From IMG/VR virus record IMGVR_UViG_2872698443_000002: a stretch of 35,230 nt of DNA. The stretch is one strand, 5' to 3'. Both the position numbers and the translations under genes were made by a program. Source of the DNA: a virus. Its lineage: Duplodnaviria > Heunggongvirae > Uroviricota > Caudoviricetes. The notes below the pieces were generated by a model. The model searched no databases, was not told the origin of the DNA, and saw nothing but the letters and a program-made list of their open reading frames with translations. How positions within the stretch are numbered: position 1 is the stretch's first letter; every line of letters begins with the position of its first letter. This document shows positions 1-9,588 of this stretch, piece by piece.

Positions 1-1032
1 TCAATCGCGTCTCAGCTGGGGTAAGCGAGACATCTTGGCGGGTTGATAAGCTATAGTGATCAAGAACTGAGAATACTTGAACCAATTCTCTAGAATCCCT
101 TCACCATATATCAAAATTTTATCTTCTATAGGGAAGTACAAGTTTACCACTTCATTTCTGCAAGTATCCAAGAAGGCGTAGGTTATCTCTTCTAAGGATT
201 GCAGTGATTCGTACAGAGTGCCAAAATCATAAAATGGTGAATAAACTTGGTATTTATTATAACTATCATTTATTACAAATGACTTTTTATAATGAAATCC
301 ACCTAAACACAACAGTTTACAAGTTTTTTCATAAATAATCATAACTCCTACAAATATTCTCATCTTTGTTGTGCAAAGTTCCTCTGTAGGATGTATTTGA
401 TTTTCACTCTCGGATAATTGCTTGAGTCTTGCGTTGATTTCTACCCAACATTTGTGTAAATCAATAACAAATTGCTCATTAATATCTAATTGTTGAGAAT
501 CATCAGGCGTAGATTGTGGGTATGCTTTTCTATATAATTCTTGTGGATGTTTTATAAAATGTTGGTAGATTGCTTCAGCTTGAGCTTCCTGAACCGGGTA
601 GTAGCTGCCTATTCTTTTTCCTTCGATTTTTTTATATAAATCAAGATGAAATTTCATGTGGTTGTAATATAAATCTACCCTGTTTTTCCTTTCTGCCTCT
701 GAGATCTGTTTTTCTGTTTGTTTGGTTCTGTGTAGGTTGTTTACTATTGAAACTAAAGGTACTGCAGATGCAAGGATGAGTAATGGTAATTTCGAGATAT
801 CTAAAAATCTCTCATAACCGTGACTTGTAAGACTAAAAGAGTGTATTTTATCTATCCAGACAAAAGAACCAAAGTAAAGGCTGGTGAATAAAGGTAGGCC
901 TATTGCAGCCCAGAACAAGGGTTGTTGGAACAAGCTTCTATGATCGAGAACATAAAGTCGATATTTTATAAATAAGAATATACAACCTAATAAAACGGAT
1001 AGGTACATAAATGTGCTAATGCTTTTTTCCAT
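1..1032 (-). CDS. hypothetical membrane protein; AT-rich cargo gene immediately downstream of int
   Basis: 343-aa ORF. The first ~100 aa carry three hydrophobic helix-like stretches, followed by a ~240-aa soluble region with no motif I recognise. Its ATG starts 2 nt after the int stop (tgaTAATGg). Visibly more AT-rich than the phage backbone. Confidence 0.6.
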   Translation of the reverse strand: MEKSISTFMYLSVLLGCIFLFIKYRLYVLDHRSLFQQPLFWAAIGLPLFTSLYFGSFVWIDKIHSFSLTSHGYERFLDISKLPLLILASAVPLVSIVNNLHRTKQTEKQISEAERKNRVDLYYNHMKFHLDLYKKIEGKRIGSYYPVQEAQAEAIYQHFIKHPQELYRKAYPQSTPDDSQQLDINEQFVIDLHKCWVEINARLKQLSESENQIHPTEELCTTKMRIFVGVMIIYEKTCKLLCLGGFHYKKSFVINDSYNKYQVYSPFYDFGTLYESLQSLEEITYAFLDTCRNEVVNLYFPIEDKILIYGEGILENWFKYSQFLITIAYQPAKMSRLPQLRRD

Positions 1033-1034
1033 TA

Positions 1035-2054
1035 TCAGTATCCCAACATAGCCAGTGGATTTTTTGTTACAGCATCTTCTAAATGATCTGGCGAAAAATG
1101 AGCATAAACCATCGTCATTTTTATATCAGAGTGACCAAGAATATCGCGTAGTACCAATATGTTTCCGCCATTCATCATGAAGTGACTGGCGAATGTATGG
1201 CGCAACACGTGTGTGCACTGGCCTTCAGGCAGGTCTATACCGGCTCGTTTTACTGCGCGCTCAAAAGCTTTTCTGCAGGGCGTGAATAGTTTCCCTCTGT
1301 TTTTGGGGAGTTCTTCATATAGCTCCTGAGATATCGGTACGGTTCGGTTTTTCTTGCCTTTAGTTTTGGTGTAGGTGATCCGGTATTTTGATAATTGATG
1401 GCCCTGCAGGTTTTCGGCTTCACTCCATCTCGCGCCGGTGGCCAGACATATTTTTGCAACCGTCAGCAGACTAGAGCTTTGAGAATCGGCGCAGGCATCC
1501 AGCAGACGTTTAATTTCTTCCGGGGTCAGGAACGCCAATTCACTCTCAGCAATTTTAAACGTTGGCAGCCCAGCAAGCGGGTTGGGGGCTGACCAGTGGC
1601 CCAGCTTTTTCAGTGTACCAAAAACAGATGATAGATTGCGCTGTTCAAGGTTTACCGTGCGGGGCTTAACGGGCGACATAAACGTGCCATCTTCATTTCG
1701 TACTTCACCTTTTAACCGTGCTTCGCGGTATTTCGTAAAGTCACCGGCTGTCAGTTCTGAAGCGATGGGATCGCCTAGACCATTACAGATAATACTAAGT
1801 TTCGCCATGAGGCGCTTGGGGTCTGTGAGTGTTTGACCATACAGGGAATACCACAGCTCAATTAATTCTGATAGATGTCGCCGATCTTCCTTTTCCCCCA
1901 GCCATGGTTTTTTGTTCACTTCTTCCATTGTGAAGCTTTCAAATGCAATAGCTTCGCCTTTGGTAGCAAATTGCTTACGCACGCGCTTACCATTGCGTCC
2001 ATTGGGATAGCACTCACACAACCATTTTCCGTTCGGCTGTTTTCTGATGGTCAT
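1035..2054 (-). CDS. int: phage integrase, tyrosine recombinase (P2/186 family)
   Basis: 339 aa. C-terminal catalytic region (...HVLRHTFASHFMMNGGNILVLRDILGHSDIKMTMVYAHF...) has the R..H-x-x-R...Y pattern of tyrosine recombinases. Sits directly downstream of cI on the same strand, as in 186. Confidence 0.9.
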   Translation of the reverse strand: MTIRKQPNGKWLCECYPNGRNGKRVRKQFATKGEAIAFESFTMEEVNKKPWLGEKEDRRHLSELIELWYSLYGQTLTDPKRLMAKLSIICNGLGDPIASELTAGDFTKYREARLKGEVRNEDGTFMSPVKPRTVNLEQRNLSSVFGTLKKLGHWSAPNPLAGLPTFKIAESELAFLTPEEIKRLLDACADSQSSSLLTVAKICLATGARWSEAENLQGHQLSKYRITYTKTKGKKNRTVPISQELYEELPKNRGKLFTPCRKAFERAVKRAGIDLPEGQCTHVLRHTFASHFMMNGGNILVLRDILGHSDIKMTMVYAHFSPDHLEDAVTKNPLAMLGY

Positions 2055-2057
2055 AAG

Positions 2058-2708
2058 TTAGAGGTTCTTGATTACTTTGACTGCACGTCCTACGACTTCC
2101 ACATCATCTACAGAACATTCAAATGAAGTGTCATCTTGGTTAACTACTATTTTGTTTCCGGGTATGCGCGCAATTTTGACGATGTTTTTCATACCGTCGA
2201 TGTCTATGAGCCAAATTCCGTTACTAAGCTGTTTTGCTGATGTATCAACAATGTAATTGCCGTCGTTAGCTTTGACGTACAAACAATATTCGGCTTTTCC
2301 GGGTATCAAAGTCTGATCAAGGAAAACATCCCCCATCTCTTCGAGCGTTCCGTTCTCAATGGTTGCCTGCCTTACTGATGGGATAACTATCTTTGAAAGG
2401 GGGCGAACTGTAGGTGAACTCTCGTTTTTGAACTTATTTTTTTCTTCTGTTTGAGGATACATTTCCCCTTGGCCCGTTGTCAGCCAAAGAAGAGAAATAC
2501 CTGTTTCAAGGGCACATTGAATAACCCAGTCAGCAGGGAAGCTATCACGTAACATCCTGTTTGCCATGGTGCTTTTTGATGCTTCGAGGTGTTCAACCAA
2601 CGCAATCTGAGTGTTGAAACCATAGGCAGTCATCAGCCTTTTGATGGTCTCTCTTCCTCCCGTATTTGCACCTGTATTAATCTTCAAGATGAACTCTCCA
2701 TTTGACAA
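2058..2708 (-). CDS. cI: CI-type immunity repressor (186 CI-like)
   Basis: 216-aa ORF from a TTG; N-terminal HTH-like segment (AYGFNTQIALVEHLEASKSTMANRM) and a C-terminal domain ending ...FECSVDDVEVVGRAVKVIKNL. Its stop is 4 nt from the int start (cI-int operon). The start codon is uncertain: TTG at 2708 or ATG at 2633. Confidence 0.7.
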   Translation of the reverse strand: MSNGEFILKINTGANTGGRETIKRLMTAYGFNTQIALVEHLEASKSTMANRMLRDSFPADWVIQCALETGISLLWLTTGQGEMYPQTEEKNKFKNESSPTVRPLSKIVIPSVRQATIENGTLEEMGDVFLDQTLIPGKAEYCLYVKANDGNYIVDTSAKQLSNGIWLIDIDGMKNIVKIARIPGNKIVVNQDDTSFECSVDDVEVVGRAVKVIKNL

Positions 2709-2730
2709 TCCAATAACGAGATCGTATTTT
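2702..2730 (+). promoter_or_regulatory. candidate rightward early promoter (pR-like): TTGACA, 17-bp spacer, TATTTT
   Basis: Perfect -35 hexamer TTGACA at 2702..2707 and a -10-like TATTTT at 2725..2730, reading toward apl/cII. Overlaps the cI start, consistent with a face-to-face switch as in 186. Confidence 0.35.
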
Positions 2731-2810
2731 TGTATTTAACTTCTAATATGAGAGTTTAGAAGTTGGGGTTAAACATCATAAAACGAGCTTAAACCAAGAG
2801 ATACTGCACT

Positions 2811-3053
2811 ATGAGCACAGATATTTCAATTCGTGTACCAAAAGAGATGGCTACGCCTGCTGAATTCGCTGAATGGGAAGGGATTTCCCGTGGGTCTGTT
2901 TACCAAAAAATTCACCATGGCCAACTCGCTAAGTACATGGTCAAGAAAGAAAAAAACAAAGGCCGCGTAAGCCTGCGTTATCTGATGTACAAAACTGATC
3001 AGGTCCGTGAATCCCTCGGTCATTCCAACTTCCGCGTCATTGTTGGTAAGTAA
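2811..3053 (+). CDS. Apl/Cox-like excisionase and switch regulator (small HTH protein)
   Basis: 80-aa ORF, first gene transcribed divergently from cI-int. HTH-like segment EFAEWEGISRGSVYQKIHHGQL. Position and size match 186 Apl / P2 Cox. Confidence 0.6.
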   Translation: MSTDISIRVPKEMATPAEFAEWEGISRGSVYQKIHHGQLAKYMVKKEKNKGRVSLRYLMYKTDQVRESLGHSNFRVIVGK

Positions 3054-3085
3054 CTTCAATTATGGGAACTTTCTAAGGGAGCACC

Positions 3086-3595
3086 ATGTTTGATTACAAG
3101 ATTTCCAAACATCCGCATTTTGATGAAGCCTGTAGAGCTTTTGCACTACGTCACAATATGTCCAAGCTGGCAGAACGTGCAGGAATGAATGTTCAGACAC
3201 TGCGAAACAAACTCAACCCAGATCAACCACATCAGCTTACAGCGCCAGACATCTGGCTGCTTACCGATCTGACTGAGGACTCAACACTGGTAGATGGTTT
3301 TCTGGCACAGATTCATTGTCTGCCATGTGTTCCGATTAATGAGGTGGCAAAAGAGAAACTGCCGCATTACGTCATGAGTGCAACTGCAGAGATAGGACGT
3401 GTCGCGGCAGGTGCGGTTTCTGGCGATGTAAAAACCAGTGCAGGCCGTCGTGATGCGATCAGCAGCATTAACTCTGTTACACGACTGATGGCGCTGGCTG
3501 CTGTTTCATTGCAAGCCCGTTTACAGGCTAATCCTGCGATGGCGAGTGCAGTTGATACCATGACTGGTCTTGGTGCTTCATTCGGTTTGCTGTGA
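3086..3595 (+). CDS. cII: CII-like lysogeny establishment activator (186 CII-like)
   Basis: 169-aa ORF directly after the apl-like gene, preceded by RBS AAGGGAG. N-terminal HTH-like region. Same length and position as 186 CII. Confidence 0.65.
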   Translation: MFDYKISKHPHFDEACRAFALRHNMSKLAERAGMNVQTLRNKLNPDQPHQLTAPDIWLLTDLTEDSTLVDGFLAQIHCLPCVPINEVAKEKLPHYVMSATAEIGRVAAGAVSGDVKTSAGRRDAISSINSVTRLMALAAVSLQARLQANPAMASAVDTMTGLGASFGLL

Positions 3596-3602
3596 GGTGC
3601 TT

Positions 3603-3803
3603 ATGCTTACGAAAGAACCATCATTTGCATCGCTGCTGGTTAAACAAAGCCCGGCAATGCATTACGGTCACGGCTGGATCATGGGTGAGGATGGTAAACG
3701 CTGGCATCCGTGCCGTTCACAAGATGAATTGCTGGCAGAACTATCTACGAAAAAACGGGGGAACAAATGGCTATTGAAGGCGCTGCGGCGACTGTTCCAT
3801 TAA
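3603..3803 (+). CDS. hypothetical early protein
   Basis: 66-aa ORF; ATG at 3603 is 5 nt after a GAGG RBS that overlaps the cII stop. The overlapping alternative frame 3592..3777 translates to Cys/His/Trp-rich junk. Confidence 0.5.
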   Translation: MLTKEPSFASLLVKQSPAMHYGHGWIMGEDGKRWHPCRSQDELLAELSTKKRGNKWLLKALRRLFH

Positions 3804-4108
3804 GCCCCGGTGAACGCCTGAATGGACTTAATCACATTGCGGAGTTAAGGGCGAAAGTATTTGGCCTGAATATTGAGTCAGAGCTTGAGCGGTTTATTAA
3901 AGATATGCGTGATCCACGGGATATCAATAACGAACAAAATAAACGAGCACTGGCTGCCATATTCTTTATGGCAAAAATTCCAGCTGAACGTCATAGCATC
4001 AGCATTAATGAGCTGACCACTGACGAAAAGCGGGAGCTGATTAAAGCAATGAATCATTTTCGTGCAGTGGTGAGCTTATTTCCCAGACGGCTAACCATGC
4101 CGAATTAA
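3767..4108 (+). CDS. hypothetical early protein
   Basis: 113-aa ORF in the early rightward operon, overlapping the preceding gene by 37 nt. Confidence 0.5.
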   Translation: MAIEGAAATVPLSPGERLNGLNHIAELRAKVFGLNIESELERFIKDMRDPRDINNEQNKRALAAIFFMAKIPAERHSISINELTTDEKRELIKAMNHFRAVVSLFPRRLTMPN

Positions 4109-4175
4109 CCAACTAATGAAATTAATGGCGTAAACCCGCTGGGCATCCCTTTATCTAAATACAGGAGAATTGATT

Positions 4176-4409
4176 ATGCGTAATATTGAAACCCTCACGA
4201 CTAAAACCGGACCGGATGACACAGGGCTTAATATTTTACTGACAGAGGCTCGTCTGGAAGAACGCCGGGCAAGGGCTGAAGCAATGGCAGCTCGCCTTGA
4301 TCGCCTGGCGTGTCATATCACATCCCGCCAGTTAAACCACGTCGAAGCGGCAGAACTGCTGCGTGTGACTGCTGAAGCAATCCAGAACGAAGCGCAGGAG
4401 ATCCACTGA
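4176..4409 (+). CDS. hypothetical early protein
   Basis: 77-aa ORF from ATG 4176, preceded by AGGAG at 4164..4168. Confidence 0.5.
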   Translation: MRNIETLTTKTGPDDTGLNILLTEARLEERRARAEAMAARLDRLACHITSRQLNHVEAAELLRVTAEAIQNEAQEIH

Positions 4410-4636
4410 TGGCTGATGCAATGGATCTCGTACAGCAGCGAGTTGAAGAAGAACGCCAACGTCATATCCGTGCTGCCCGTGCCAAAACGCCGGGCGTGTC
4501 CCGCGTGCTTTGCGTTGAGTGTGAAGCGCCAATTCTGCCAGCACGCCGTCGTGCCATTCCGGGTGTGCAGCTTTGCATTACCTGTCAGGAAATCGCAGAG
4601 CTGAAAGGCAAACATTACAACGGAGGTGCTGTATGA
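4409..4636 (+). CDS. TraR/DksA-family C4 zinc-finger protein
   Basis: 75 aa with C-x2-C-x17-C-x2-C (CVECEAPILPARRRAIPGVQLCITCQ). Small phage proteins of this family are common in P2-like early operons. Confidence 0.8.
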   Translation: MADAMDLVQQRVEEERQRHIRAARAKTPGVSRVLCVECEAPILPARRRAIPGVQLCITCQEIAELKGKHYNGGAV

Positions 4637-5257
4637 GCACCATCCTGAAATGGGCGGGAAATAAAACCGCCATAATGTCCGAACTGAAAAAGCATCTTCC
4701 TGCTGGCCCGCGACTGGTTGAACCTTTCGCGGGATCCTGTGCAGTGATGATGGAGACGGATTACCCCAGCTATCTTGTTGCGGATATTAATCCTGATTTA
4801 ATCAACCTCTATAAAAAGGTTGCTGCTGATTGTGAGGCGTTTATATCTCGTGCCAGAGCTTTATTTGAGGAAGCAAACAGGGAGGTGGCTTATTACAACA
4901 TAAGGCAGGAGTTTAATTACTCCACTGAAATTACTGATTTCATGAAAGCGGTATATTTTCTGTATCTCAATCGTCATGGTTATCGTGGGTTATGTCGCTA
5001 TAACAAGAGCGGGTATTTCAACATTCCCTACGGTAATTATAAAAATCCGTATTTCCCTGAAAAAGAAATTCGCGCATTTGCAGAGAAAGCCCAGCGGGCA
5101 ACGTTTATCTGCGCCAGCTTTGATGAAACGCTGGCGATGTTGAAGGCGGGGGATGTGGTGTATTGCGATCCGCCTTATGACGGTACGTTTTCCGGCTATC
5201 ACACTGATGGCTTCACTGAAGATGACCAGTATCACCTGGCATCCGTTCTTGAACATC

Positions 5258-5262
5258 GATCA
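5258..5262. repeat. IS2 target-site duplication, left copy (GATCA)
   Basis: The 5-bp GATCA immediately left of the IS2 end is repeated at 6594..6598. Confidence 0.8.
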
Positions 5263-5353
5263 TAGACTGGCCCCCTGAATCTCCAGACAACCAATATCAC
5301 TTAAATAAGTGATAGTCTTAATACTAGTTTTTAGACTAGTCATTGGAGAGCAG

Positions 5354-5719
5354 ATGATTGATGTCTTAGGACCGGAGAAACGCAGACGGCGTACTACACA
5401 GGAAAAGATCGCTATTGTTCAGCAGAGTTTTGAACCGGGAATGACGGTCTCCCTTGTTGCCCGGCAACACGGTGTGGCAGCCAGCCAGTTATTTCTCTGG
5501 CGCAAGCAATACCAGGAGGGAAGTCTTACTGCTGTGGCCGCAGGAGAGCAGGTCGTTCCTGCCTCTGAACTTGCTGCTGCCATGAAGCAGATTAAAGAAC
5601 TCCAGCGCCTGCTCGGCAAAAAAACGATGGAAAATGAACTCCTTAAAGAAGCCGTTGAATACGGGCGTGCAAAAAAGTGGATAGCGCACGCGCCCTTATT
5701 GCCCGGGGATGGGGAGTAA
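5354..5719 (+). CDS. insC: IS2 transposase OrfA (InsC)
   Basis: 121 aa, [41 protein letters not shown]..., HTH-type OrfA of IS2. Confidence 0.9.
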
Positions 5720-6582
5720 GCTTAGTCAGCCGTTGTCTCCGGGTGTCGCGTGCGCAGTTGCACGTAATTCTCAGACGAACCGATGACTGGAAAGATGGTC
5801 GCCGCAGCCGTCACTCAGATGATACGGATGTGCTTCTCCGTATACACCATGTTATCGGAGAGCTGCCCACGTATGGTTATCGTCGGGTATGGGCGCTGCT
5901 TCGCAGACAGGCCGAACTTGATGGTATGCCTGCGATCAATGCCAAACGTGTTTACCGGATCATGCGCCAGAATGCGCTGTTGCTTGAGCGAAAAACCGCT
6001 GTACCGCCATCGAAACGGGCACATACTGGCAAAGTGGCCGTGAAAGAAAGCAATCAACGATGGTGCTCTGACGGGTTCGAGTTCCGCTGTGATAACGGAG
6101 AAAAACTGCGAGTCACGTTCGCGCTGGACTGCTGTGACCGTGAGGCACTGCACTGGGCAGTCACTACGGGCGGCTTCGACAGTGAAACAGTACAGGACGT
6201 AATGCTGGGAGCGGTGGAACGCCGCTTCGGCAACGAGCTTCCGGCGTCTCCAGTAGAGTGGCTGACGGATAATGGTTCATGCTACCGGGCTAATGAAACA
6301 CGGCAGTTTGCCCGGATATTGGGGCTTGAACCGAAGAACACGGCGGTGCGGAGTCCGGAGAGTAACGGCATAGCAGAGAGCTTCGTGAAAACGATAAAGC
6401 GTGACTACATCAGTATCATGCCTAAACCAGACGGGTTAACGGCAGCAAAGAACCTTGCAGAGGCGTTCGAGCATTATAACGAATGGCATCCGCATAGTGC
6501 ACTGGGTTATCGCTCGCCACGGGAATATCTGCGGCAGCAGGCCAGTAATGGGTTAAGTGATAACAGGTGTCTGGAAATATAG
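5677..6582 (+). CDS. insD: IS2 transposase OrfB (InsD), DDE catalytic domain
   Basis: 301 aa from GTG 5677, overlapping orfA in the -1 frame; an A-AAA-AAG frameshift motif lies just upstream of the orfA stop. Confidence 0.9.
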
Positions 6583-6593
6583 GGGCAAATCCA

Positions 6594-6598
6594 GATCA
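6594..6598. repeat. IS2 target-site duplication, right copy (GATCA)
   Basis: Direct repeat of 5258..5262. Confidence 0.8.
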
Positions 6599-6822
6599 TC
6601 TGAAGGTCATCCGGTCATTGTTTCTAACAGTGACACATCCCTGATTCGTTCGCTGTATCGCAATTTCACTCACTACTACATCAAGGCAAAACGCAGCATC
6701 GGCGTGTCGGCTGGCGAGAGTAAATCTGCAACAGAAATCATTGCTGTTTCCGGGGCGCGCTGCTGGGTGGGATTTGATCCTTCGCGTGGCGTGGATAGTT
6801 CTGCCATGTACGGAGTGCGTGC

Positions 6823-9237
6823 ATGAGCCATGATGATATGAACAACTGCAGCGGCTTTAACGAGGCCGCCGCAGCATTCTCATGGAACAGCCCGAAAAAG
6901 GCCATTAACCCTTATCTGGACCCGGCGGAAGTTGCGCCGGTTTCTGCGCTTTCAAACCTGATCACTCTGTACGCTGCCGATAACGAGCAGGAACAACTGC
7001 GCCGCGAGGCACTGAGTGATCAGGTCTGGGAGCGTTATTTCTTTAATGAATCCCGTGATCCTGTCCAACGCGAAATGGAGCAGGATAAGCTCATTAGCCG
7101 GGCAAAGCTGGCGCATGAGCAGCAGCGTTTTAATCCAGATATGGTCATTCTGGCGGACGTCAATGCCCAGCCTTCCCATATCAGCAAGCCGCTGATGCAA
7201 CGTATTGAATACTTCAGCAGCCTGGGCAGGCCAAAGGCTTATTCCCGCTATTTGCGTGAGACGATTAAGCCATGTCTGGAACGACTGGAGCATGTACGCG
7301 ACAGTCAGCTATCCACTTCTTTTCGCTTTATGGCAAGCCATGAAGGGCTGGACGGCCTGCTGATCCTGCCTGAAATGAGTCAGGAGCAGGTGAAACGCTT
7401 GTCTACCCTTGTCGCTGCGCATATGAGCATGTGTCTTGATGCAGCTTGTGGCGATTTGTATGTCACCGATGACGTTAAGCCAGAAGAAATCCGCAAGACA
7501 TGGGAAAAGGTGGCAGCGGAAACCCTGCGTCTGGATGTCATCCCGCCTGCGTTTGATCAACTCCGCCGGAAAAGAAACCGCCGTAAACCCGTGCCCTATG
7601 AACTCATTCCGGGTTCGCTGGCGCGTATGTTGTGCGCCGACTGGTGGTACCGGAAATTATGGAAGATGCGTTGCGAATGGCGGGAAGAGCAGTTGCGTGC
7701 TGTCTGCCTGGTCAGCAAAAAAGCATCTCCCTATGTCAGCTATGAAGCCGTGATGCATAAACGTGAGCAGCGCCGTAAGTCGCTGGAGTTTTTTCGTTCT
7801 CATGAACTGGTGAACGAAGACGGCGACACGCTGGACATGGAGGATGTGGTAAACGCCAGCAGCAGCAACCCTGCGCATCGCCGCAATGAGATGATGGCCT
7901 GTGTTAAAGGTCTGGAGCTTATCGCGGAAATGCGCGGTGACTGCGCCGTTTTCTACACCATCACCTGTCCGTCACGTTTCCATTCCACGCTAAATAACGG
8001 CAGGCCAAACCCGACCTGGACCAACGCGACAGTAAGACAAAGCAGTGATTATCTGGTCGGCATGTTTGCTGCATTTCGTAAGGCTATGCACAAAGCCGGG
8101 TTGCGCTGGTATGGCGTGCGGGTGGCTGAGCCGCATCATGACGGCACAGTTCACTGGCACCTGTTGTGTTTCATGCGCAAAAAAGACCGCCGCGCCATTA
8201 CTGCATTGTTGCGTAAGTTTGCCATCCGTGAAGACCGCGAGGAGCTGGGCAATAACACGGGACCACGCTTTAAGTCTGAGCTGATAAACCCGCGCAAAGG
8301 AACGCCGACAAGCTACATTGCGAAATATATCAGTAAGAATATTGACGGGCGTGGTCTGGCTGGCGAGATCAGTAAGGAAACGGGGAAATCCCTGCGTGAT
8401 AACGCTGAATACGTTAATGCCTGGGCGTCTCTGCATCGTGTTCAGCAATTCCGCTTCTTTGGCATTCCGGGGCGTCAGGCTTACCGTGAACTGCGATTGC
8501 TGGCTGGTCAGGCGGCAAGGCAACAGGGTGACAAAAAAGCAGGTGCGCCGGTACTGGATAACCCGCGCCTTGATGCCATTCTGGCTGCTGCTGATGCTGG
8601 TTGTTTTGCCACCTACATCATGAAGCAGGGCGGCGTACTGGTTCCCCGCAAATATCACCTCATCAGAACCGCTTATGAAATCAACGAAGAGCCAACCGCC
8701 TATGGCGATCACGGTATTCGTATTTATGGCATCTGGTCACCCATTGCAGAGGGCAAGATCTGCACTCATGCAGTGAAGTGGAAAATGGTTCGTAAGGCCG
8801 TTGACGTTCAGGAGGCGGCAGCCGACCAGGGCGCTTGCGCCCCTTGGACTCGTGGCAATAACTGTCCCCTTGCTGAAAATTTGTACCAACAAGGGAAAGA
8901 CAAATCAGCTGATGGAGATACCAGAACGGATATCACCCGCATGGATGACAAGGAGTTGCACGATTACCTGCACAGTATGAGCAAAAAAGAGCGCCGGGAA
9001 CTGGCAGCAAGGTTACGCCTGGTGAAACCGAAACGGCGTAAAGACTACAAACAGCGAATTACAGACCATCAGCGACTGCAGCTCGTGTATGAACTGAAGT
9101 CCAGGGGATTTGATGGCAGCGAGAAAGAGGTCGATTTACTCCTTCGCGGCGGCAGTATTCCGTCAGGAGCAGGCCTGCGTATCTTCTATCGGAACCAGCG
9201 TTTGCAGGAAGATGATAAGTGGCGAAACCTGTATTAA
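6823..9237 (+). CDS. A: replication initiation endonuclease gpA (rolling-circle, HUH class)
   Basis: 804 aa. Contains an HUH-like motif (VHWHLLCF) and a downstream tyrosine motif ([14 protein letters not shown]). Position after the early operon matches P2/186 gene A. Confidence 0.9.
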   Translation: MSHDDMNNCSGFNEAAAAFSWNSPKKAINPYLDPAEVAPVSALSNLITLYAADNEQEQLRREALSDQVWERYFFNESRDPVQREMEQDKLISRAKLAHEQQRFNPDMVILADVNAQPSHISKPLMQRIEYFSSLGRPKAYSRYLRETIKPCLERLEHVRDSQLSTSFRFMASHEGLDGLLILPEMSQEQVKRLSTLVAAHMSMCLDAACGDLYVTDDVKPEEIRKTWEKVAAETLRLDVIPPAFDQLRRKRNRRKPVPYELIPGSLARMLCADWWYRKLWKMRCEWREEQLRAVCLVSKKASPYVSYEAVMHKREQRRKSLEFFRSHELVNEDGDTLDMEDVVNASSSNPAHRRNEMMACVKGLELIAEMRGDCAVFYTITCPSRFHSTLNNGRPNPTWTNATVRQSSDYLVGMFAAFRKAMHKAGLRWYGVRVAEPHHDGTVHWHLLCFMRKKDRRAITALLRKFAIREDREELGNNTGPRFKSELINPRKGTPTSYIAKYISKNIDGRGLAGEISKETGKSLRDNAEYVNAWASLHRVQQFRFFGIPGRQAYRELRLLAGQAARQQGDKKAGAPVLDNPRLDAILAAADAGCFATYIMKQGGVLVPRKYHLIRTAYEINEEPTAYGDHGIRIYGIWSPIAEGKICTHAVKWKMVRKAVDVQEAAADQGACAPWTRGNNCPLAENLYQQGKDKSADGDTRTDITRMDDKELHDYLHSMSKKERRELAARLRLVKPKRRKDYKQRITDHQRLQLVYELKSRGFDGSEKEVDLLLRGGSIPSGAGLRIFYRNQRLQEDDKWRNLY

Positions 9238-9306
9238 TTACGCGGGTTAACAATTCGTGCTCTTAATAATACCAGGCATATCAGGCTGATGAGCGTAAAA
9301 AAACGT

Positions 9307-9349
9307 TTTACATCAGTAAGATTATTATATACTGTAAATATAAACAGTG
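9307..9349 (+). promoter_or_regulatory. SOS-regulated promoter: -35 TTTACA, -10 TATACT, overlapping LexA box TACTGTAAATATAAACAGTG
   Basis: CTGT-N8-ACAG at 9332..9347 matches the LexA box consensus and overlaps the -10 (9328..9333). It sits about 45 bp upstream of the tum-like ORF. Confidence 0.7.
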
Positions 9350-9389
9350 GTTATGTATACAGTATTGCTTTGGTGTCATAGGAGGAAAG

Positions 9390-9578
9390 ATGCAGGACTA
9401 TTTTTTGGAGTCTTTGAAGCTCCAGCGCATTGATTTTTTTCTTAAGCTTGTAGCGGCTAGTGAGTGTAGTGATGAAGAGAAGGGGCTGGCTCTGCAGTGG
9501 GTTTCTGAACTGACAGATGAACTCATGGCAAAAATCAGAACCCACGAATACAACCGCTCAATGGATGTCATCAGCTGA
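9390..9578 (+). CDS. tum-like SOS antirepressor, N-terminal portion (possibly one half of a split tum)
   Basis: 62-aa ORF directly downstream of the LexA box. Size and position fit the N-terminal half of a 186 Tum-like protein. Confidence 0.45.
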   Translation: MQDYFLESLKLQRIDFFLKLVAASECSDEEKGLALQWVSELTDELMAKIRTHEYNRSMDVIS

Positions 9579-9588
9579 GGTGACTTTT

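Larger units (their letters stand above)
5263..6593 (+). mobile_element. IS2 insertion sequence (IS3 family), complete 1331-bp copy
   Basis: Left end TAGACTGGCCCCCTGAATCTCCAGACAACC... and right end ...CAGGTGTCTGGAAATATAGGGGCAAATCCA match the IS2 inverted repeats as I remember them. Carries orfA and orfB with an A-AAA-AAG slippery site. Flanked by a 5-bp GATCA duplication. Confidence 0.9.
4633..6826 (+). pseudogene. dam: phage Dam-family N6-adenine DNA methyltransferase, interrupted by IS2
   Basis: 5' part 4633..5262 (MSTILKWAGNK..., [23 protein letters not shown] motif). 3' part 6599..6826 (SEGHPVIVSNSDTSLIRSLY...KAKRSIGVSAG...) is in the frame expected once IS2 and one GATCA copy are removed. 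Reconstituted gene would be about 285 aa. Confidence 0.85.

Noticed and set aside
3592-3777. 61-aa ORF overlapping the cII end
   Set aside because: Translation is Cys/His/Trp-rich nonsense; the overlapping frame starting at ATG 3603 has a proper RBS and a plausible protein.
7990-8712. 240-aa minus-strand ORF inside replication gene A
   Set aside because: Fully antisense to a well-supported 804-aa gene; Arg/Cys/Thr-rich low-complexity translation typical of shadow ORFs in GC-rich coding DNA.
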